Below are positions 59,147 to 64,000 of a stretch of 64,000 nt of DNA, in pieces. The notes beneath the pieces are model-generated. The model saw only the letters and a list, made by a program, of their open reading frames with translations. It was not told the origin of the DNA and made no database searches. The position numbers were made by a program, and so were the translations under genes. The stretch is from Nanobdellota archaeon. GTDB lineage: Archaea > Nanobdellota > Nanobdellia > Parvarchaeales > Parvarchaeaceae. The DNA is taken from NCBI GenBank assembly GCA_021817165.1, contig JAKAVT010000002.1, positions 43,563 through 107,562 of the forward strand, given 5' to 3'. Every line of letters begins with the position of its first letter. The first letter of the stretch is position 1.

Positions 59147-60100
59147 ATGTCTGAAATTCCCTTTAAAGGAGAGATACGCAGGGATTACATAACGGGATCA
59201 GACGTAATATTCACCTTCTCCAGAGACAAAAGGCCAAAGGACTTCAAAAATGAAGAAGTAATTTACGGGAACGCAGAGGATTGCCCATTCGAATACGGAA
59301 AGGAAAACCTCAACACAACGATAAAACTTATTGGAGAGCCGTGGAGGTTAAGATTGATGTACAACAAGTATCCTATCGTAAACGAAGAAACGGCGCCTTA
59401 CAAAAATGAAGATTTTTTCACTAAATATGCGAATTATGGCCATTCCTACGTAGTAGTGGACACTCCCAACCACACGCAGAAATTTCACGAAATTGAAGAT
59501 GAAATGCTAGAAAAGTGGTTAGAGCTCGTAGCGGAAGGGGAAAAATTAGCGTACTCGGACAAGAAGATAAAGCAGGTGTACACATTCAGGAACAATGGCA
59601 GCATAAGCGGTGGAAGTCTTTACCATCCCCACACGCAGATAATAGGACTGACTTTTGTTTTGCCGATAATAAAGCAGGAACTGCGGATTATAAAAAACAA
59701 CGGCGGAAAATGCATCCTTGAAGAAGCGGTGAAAAAAGAGGGAAAACGCATATTAATAGCGGATGAAAACGCAGTTGCGCTTGCGCCTTACGGCTCAAGG
59801 TTTAGGGGACTTTCAATAATAATGCCCAAAAGGCACATAAGCTACGTGGGAAATCTAAAGGAGAACGAGATAAAAAGCATGACAAAGTTTATGAAAACCA
59901 TACTTTCTAGGAATCAAAGGATATTCGGCAGCCATTCTTACAACATGATATTCCACGAACTAAAAGACGACAAAGATTTTCATTTCTACGTGGAGATAAC
60001 GCCAAGGTTCTCTAGCTTCGGCGCAATGGAACTGTCCGGAGTCTACATGAACTCTCTAAAACCTGAAGACTATGTCGAAAGATTCAACGAAGCGGCTTAA
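59147..60100 (+). CDS. galactose-1-phosphate uridylyltransferase-like HIT-superfamily nucleotidyltransferase
   Basis: HPHTQII (HxHxQ) motif. Start placed at MSEIPFKG; the tracked start at 59090 adds an implausible extension. Confidence 0.65.
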   Translation: MSEIPFKGEIRRDYITGSDVIFTFSRDKRPKDFKNEEVIYGNAEDCPFEYGKENLNTTIKLIGEPWRLRLMYNKYPIVNEETAPYKNEDFFTKYANYGHSYVVVDTPNHTQKFHEIEDEMLEKWLELVAEGEKLAYSDKKIKQVYTFRNNGSISGGSLYHPHTQIIGLTFVLPIIKQELRIIKNNGGKCILEEAVKKEGKRILIADENAVALAPYGSRFRGLSIIMPKRHISYVGNLKENEIKSMTKFMKTILSRNQRIFGSHSYNMIFHELKDDKDFHFYVEITPRFSSFGAMELSGVYMNSLKPEDYVERFNEAA

Positions 60101-60104
60101 TCCA

Positions 60105-61085
60105 TCATTTTGACAGGAAAGACATCAATTCCATTAAATCATTTTTACTTCCGTACATCGCTACCCCTCCCAGAAATATTGTTTTAACTGCAGCTTTTGA
60201 ATTTTTAACGTAATTAAAGAAGTCGCTTTTGTATTTTTCTTCGAGGTTTTCCCTTATAAGAACGTCAAAATCGCCGGCATCATAGGATTTGAATTTGCTC
60301 TTGTCTATAAGATAACCATAAGCCTGTCCGTCTTTTGCCTGCATGTTTATTACGTCGGTTATGTGATATTCTCCGCCCGCACCCCTTTTAACCTTTTCAA
60401 TTTTGTTTTTGCCGTCTTCATTGATAAGGTAAATACCTCCGGCTACCGACAGTTCCGTTGGGTTTTTCTTTACGTATTCCAAAGCCGGTTTTTCTACTAT
60501 CTTGTCAAGTTTGTAAAGATTGCCCCCTAGATAATCACCGTAAGCAGCAGATTTTTCAGTGATCCTTTCAATGTTATGTGTTTTCATTGAAACAAGCGTG
60601 TTGCCGTCGTATTTAGAAAGCATCTGCTCAAGCAGCGATTTTCCCCCTTCTATATTTTGCTGCATAACGTCGGAAAACATGACTGCGCAGGGTTCATCAT
60701 TCAAAAATCCGCTGTCATATGCTACCTTTAAACCTGCGGCAGTACCTAGCGGCTTGCCGGTTTTTCTGTCCACCGGCTGAAAATCCAGGCCTATCCTTAT
60801 TTTTCCATTTTCTATCTCTTTCTTGTATTCGCTTAAGTTATCTGCGACTTTTTCCTTGCTGAAATAATCCAGAAGCATATTAAACGTAGTTATCCCTTCT
60901 CTATCATTCCTGGATACTATCAGTATATCATTTATTCCTGCGTCTATCATCTGATATGCTATGCGTTTCGTCATGGGAACTTGGCCCAGCGGCAGCATTG
61001 GTTTAGGTATGTAATAGGTAGCAGGCCTGGCTCTTGTTCCGCTGCCTGAAGCAAGTATCACTCCCTTTGTTATCTTATTTACCAT
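60105..61085 (-). CDS. sugar-1-phosphate nucleotidyltransferase (GalU/RmlA-like)
   Basis: LASGSGTRARPATYYIPKPMLP matches GxGTRxxPxTxxxPKPML. Confidence 0.8.
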   Translation of the reverse strand: MVNKITKGVILASGSGTRARPATYYIPKPMLPLGQVPMTKRIAYQMIDAGINDILIVSRNDREGITTFNMLLDYFSKEKVADNLSEYKKEIENGKIRIGLDFQPVDRKTGKPLGTAAGLKVAYDSGFLNDEPCAVMFSDVMQQNIEGGKSLLEQMLSKYDGNTLVSMKTHNIERITEKSAAYGDYLGGNLYKLDKIVEKPALEYVKKNPTELSVAGGIYLINEDGKNKIEKVKRGAGGEYHITDVINMQAKDGQAYGYLIDKSKFKSYDAGDFDVLIRENLEEKYKSDFFNYVKNSKAAVKTIFLGGVAMYGSKNDLMELMSFLSK

Positions 61086-61121
61086 AGTACAATAGTGATG
61101 ACATGTTATTTAAATAGCTGA

Positions 61122-61745
61122 CTACTTAAGACCGCGTGGCGGCAAAAATATCATGCCGTTGTATACATCCATGAATTTTGGATGTTCAACCACAAGCATT
61201 GATTTGGCATTAAGAGGATAAACGTGCCAGCATGCCGGAAATCCCCTCGCATCGGTTCTTGCATTCGGAACGATGTACTCCCTTTCTGTTTCTAGGTTGG
61301 ATGGAATTTTAAGGCTTACCTTCGTGTTCAATGGAAACTGCAGCGAATGCATCTCACCCTGCTGTGTGTCTATGCGGTTAAGCACTTGGGTTATTATGTT
61401 AAAAGCGCTTGTCTTTTTGCCGCTGCCGTCATTCATGAAATACACGTCGTAAAATTCTTCTGAGTCGTTTCCACCGGAAAGCCTAGTTATGTTTTCGGGT
61501 ATGCTGTTCCTCACGACGGAAGCATCAAGTCCTGCCCTAAGCGGATCCATATTTATGTAAGCATGCACCCTCTGCTTTTTACCGTCTTCTTCCAAAAGAG
61601 AAAAGTATTCAATTTTGAAGTCCTTGGAATAATTAACATTGTATACTGAAAAGTCGACGGTTATCTCTGGCCGGTCTATCTTATAGCTTTTCATCCTCTT
61701 TCCCGCTCTTAGAAGTTCTTCCAGACTGGCTTCCATTGTTTTCAT
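61122..61745 (-). CDS. hypothetical protein
   Basis: 207-aa ORF. No motif recognised. Confidence 0.45.
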   Translation of the reverse strand: MKTMEASLEELLRAGKRMKSYKIDRPEITVDFSVYNVNYSKDFKIEYFSLLEEDGKKQRVHAYINMDPLRAGLDASVVRNSIPENITRLSGGNDSEEFYDVYFMNDGSGKKTSAFNIITQVLNRIDTQQGEMHSLQFPLNTKVSLKIPSNLETEREYIVPNARTDARGFPACWHVYPLNAKSMLVVEHPKFMDVYNGMIFLPPRGLK

Positions 61746-61772
61746 AGACTAAAACAAGTATATATTACTATT

Positions 61773-62423
61773 CTATGCCATTCTGCGCTTTACTGATGCA
61801 CGCTTTCCAGCCAGAAGCATGAAAACGAGGGGATAGCTTATAACCAGTAAAAACGAGAAGAAATACGAAACATAAGGGACGAGCCCAGATATGAATATCA
61901 CTACTATGAAAAGAAGGACCATTGCAAACAGATACCACCAATTGCCGAAAGTCATGTTCCAGCTCCTTTTTATCGCATCTACCGGACTTTTATCTTCAAT
62001 TACAGAGGATACAGGAGAAAGGATCAATTTAAGTGACAAGTATATGCCTGGGATTACAAACGCAATAAAGCCTAGAGCGATTATAACCGATGTCAAAAAG
62101 GTTGTCGCGAGCAGGGCAGGATATCTTTTCAGGGCCTTGACTATGACTTCTTTCACATTTTTCTTTTTGCCGCTAACCCTTACAAATACCATGCCGCTTA
62201 TAAAAGTGCCTGCAAGGAAAATCAATACTGCGTAGATTAAAATGTAGGATATGCCGACGGCTGATATGCCGGATACCGTAAGATTTGTGACATTCAATGA
62301 GGAAGTATAAGCCCCGAAAAGGATGTAGATTATTGCGTATATCACTGCCAACGAAAAGAGCAAAGGATCCGTAAAAAGCAGGATGAAACTCTTTTTAAAG
62401 ACGGATATCGCATCAAATGCCAT
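61773..62423 (-). CDS. membrane protein (5-6 TM), hypothetical
   Basis: 216-aa hydrophobic ORF. Confidence 0.45.
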   Translation of the reverse strand: MAFDAISVFKKSFILLFTDPLLFSLAVIYAIIYILFGAYTSSLNVTNLTVSGISAVGISYILIYAVLIFLAGTFISGMVFVRVSGKKKNVKEVIVKALKRYPALLATTFLTSVIIALGFIAFVIPGIYLSLKLILSPVSSVIEDKSPVDAIKRSWNMTFGNWWYLFAMVLLFIVVIFISGLVPYVSYFFSFLLVISYPLVFMLLAGKRASVKRRMA

Positions 62424-62495
62424 TTCAATTAAACAAAATTATGATATAAATAATGCACGTACATCAATAAATAAATCAAATAACCATATAATAAC

Positions 62496-62846
62496 ATGGA
62501 AGAACTGCTTTTTATGATATACGGCACGCATCCAAAGAGCAGGAAGCTCTACGCAGAGGCTGAAAAAATAATAAACCTGATAAGGGAGAAGGGCAGCATA
62601 AACCGCGAAGATCTGGCAAACTCGCTCAACATAGACATAAACTCGCAGAACGGCAAAAAGCATTTCTATAACCTGATATCGCCGATGTTCAACACAATAT
62701 TGGTATCCGAGCACAGGGGAAAGACGGTGTATTACCGGCTTTCGTACGATTTATTCAGGGTATACATAGACGGAATAAGGAGAAAGGCAAAATATTATCT
62801 CGTAAAAAATGCGGATAATATAAAAGAGGACTCGGACCAGCAATGA
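62496..62846 (+). CDS. hypothetical protein, possible wHTH regulator
   Basis: 116 aa. KGSINREDLANSLNIDINS is helix-turn-helix-like. Confidence 0.4.
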   Translation: MEELLFMIYGTHPKSRKLYAEAEKIINLIREKGSINREDLANSLNIDINSQNGKKHFYNLISPMFNTILVSEHRGKTVYYRLSYDLFRVYIDGIRRKAKYYLVKNADNIKEDSDQQ

Positions 62847-63367
62847 AATATTATTCCGGAAAGGGCGACAATGGTAAGACAAACATAGCGGACAAGCGCG
62901 TAGGAAAAGACAACCGCATAATAGAATTCATAGGGAGTTTGGACGAACTTAGCGCCTTCATAGGGTATGCCGCATCAAAGATTAAATACGAGGACATAAA
63001 ACTTATACTTAAAAAAATTGAGAAAAAAATCTACATAATAAGTGCCTATGCCGCAGGTTATGCACCATTGATAAAGAAGGAAAGGATAGAGATAAACAAA
63101 GAGGACGTAGCGGATCTTGAAAGAGACATTGATTTGCTGGCGGGAGAAATAAAGGACATAACGAAGTTCATATATCCAAACGGAAGCGAATCTGCATGCA
63201 TAATAAACATATGCAGAACGATTGCAAGAAAGGCCGAAAGATACGCAGTAAAATCGGACATTAAAAACGAGCAGATACTTGCCTACCTTAACCGTCTTTC
63301 ATCGCTCCTATTCGTTTTGTCAAGGACATTGAACAAAAGAGACGGTTTTAACGAAGAATTCTTCTGA
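62843..63367 (+). CDS. PduO-type ATP:cob(I)alamin adenosyltransferase
   Basis: YSGKGDNGKTNIADKRVGKDNRIIEFIGSLDELSAFIGYA matches the Cob_adeno_trans N-terminal signature. Confidence 0.75.
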   Translation: MKYYSGKGDNGKTNIADKRVGKDNRIIEFIGSLDELSAFIGYAASKIKYEDIKLILKKIEKKIYIISAYAAGYAPLIKKERIEINKEDVADLERDIDLLAGEIKDITKFIYPNGSESACIINICRTIARKAERYAVKSDIKNEQILAYLNRLSSLLFVLSRTLNKRDGFNEEFF

Positions 63368-63370
63368 AGA

Positions 63371-63886
63371 TCAGGCTATTACTACCCTTGTCTGTATCCC
63401 GAGCTTCTTCCCCATCTTGAACGCAGCGTTCTTTGCAGCTTCCAAATTGGCCTTATCAACGTGTATTTCGAATATGCGCTTTCCCGCGGATAACCTGGCA
63501 GCCAGCCCTATCGGCTTGCCAAACGATTTCTGCATGCCTGACGAGAAACGGTCTGCTCCTGCACCGGTAGCAAGCTTGTGCTCCCTAAGCACCTGATGTG
63601 GGTATGCTACTACGATTATGTGAAAATTCTGATCCGTTATGCTGTCCGTAAGGTACTTATTCGCCACTATCCTTGCGGATTCTATGGCGTTGTCCCTCAA
63701 CTGAAGCGATTTTTCTGACAGAAGGAAAACTTTGCTATCAAATTCCTTTTTCGTATTACCAGAATGATACTGGGTTATTTTAGGTTTTTGGGCTATTTTT
63801 ATATAGCTTTTTGTCTTGTATTTTGACTTTCTAGTGTAAGGAATCTTAAAATCCCTGTACGACCTTCCAGGCCTTAATTTTGACAT
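63371..63886 (-). CDS. rpl10e: ribosomal protein L10e (L16 family)
   Basis: MSKLRPGRSYRDFKIPYTRKS matches the L10e N-terminus. 171 aa. Confidence 0.9.
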   Translation of the reverse strand: MSKLRPGRSYRDFKIPYTRKSKYKTKSYIKIAQKPKITQYHSGNTKKEFDSKVFLLSEKSLQLRDNAIESARIVANKYLTDSITDQNFHIIVVAYPHQVLREHKLATGAGADRFSSGMQKSFGKPIGLAARLSAGKRIFEIHVDKANLEAAKNAAFKMGKKLGIQTRVVIA

Positions 63887-64000
63887 GCTAATCCTTGCCC
63901 CCCTTCTTCTTTGAAAAATCTATCGTTATCTTGCCTGACAATTTTATCGGTTCGCTTATGTTCGGAAGTTTTATCTCCAGATTATCAAGATCGAACGAAA

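Noticed and set aside
1-64000. CRISPR arrays and cas genes
   Set aside because: No regularly spaced direct repeats and no Cas-like ORFs seen anywhere in the window.
63971-64000. Possible 3' end of a minus-strand gene running off the window end
   Set aside because: Only about 10 codons are visible, too little to call. The frame in phase with rpl10e has no ATG upstream within the window.

Overview
Gene-dense, low-GC (about 37-38% by eye) archaeal chromosomal segment. The taxon is a tentative inference: a Thermoplasmatales-like euryarchaeon. This rests on the A-type (A1A0) ATP synthase, topoisomerase VI, RFC, Elp3, e-type ribosomal proteins, class III (pilin-like) signal peptides with the QSALEY motif and thermopsin-type FxExGLPxGxxW repeats. 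Nearly everything is housekeeping. I found no CRISPR array, transposase, integrase or obvious phage gene, although five tRNA genes (Gln, Thr, Arg, Ala, Glu) are present. The main blocks are: the smc N-terminus, scpA and scpB clustered with cdc48; the A-ATPase operon; the aaRS genes proS and leuS; rfcS and rfcL; top6A and top6B; elp3; the ribosomal-protein cluster rps19e, rpl39e, rpl31e, pfdA and ftsY; rpl13 and rps9; pelota; and rpl10e. Candidates for something new are all hypotheses, not demonstrated systems. (1) A tRNA-Arg-adjacent pair of an ExeA/MshM-like P-loop ATPase and a presenilin/SPP-type GxGD intramembrane protease. (2) A KaiC-like ATPase, a wHTH protein and an extracytoplasmic thioredoxin-like (CPFC) membrane protein that appear to be transcriptionally fused to the RFC operon. 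(3) A 700-aa pilin-like surface protein with a class III signal peptide, next to tRNA-Thr, and a second 981-aa surface protein carrying an internal tandem duplication. (4) A tiny poly-acidic 41-aa ORF with its own TATA box and a perfect Shine-Dalgarno. (5) A zinc-ribbon/Hsp20 fusion. (6) An unusual A-ATPase gene order, K-E-C-F-A-B-D-H-I. All functional calls come from motifs I recognised by eye in the translated ORFs; no database search was possible.
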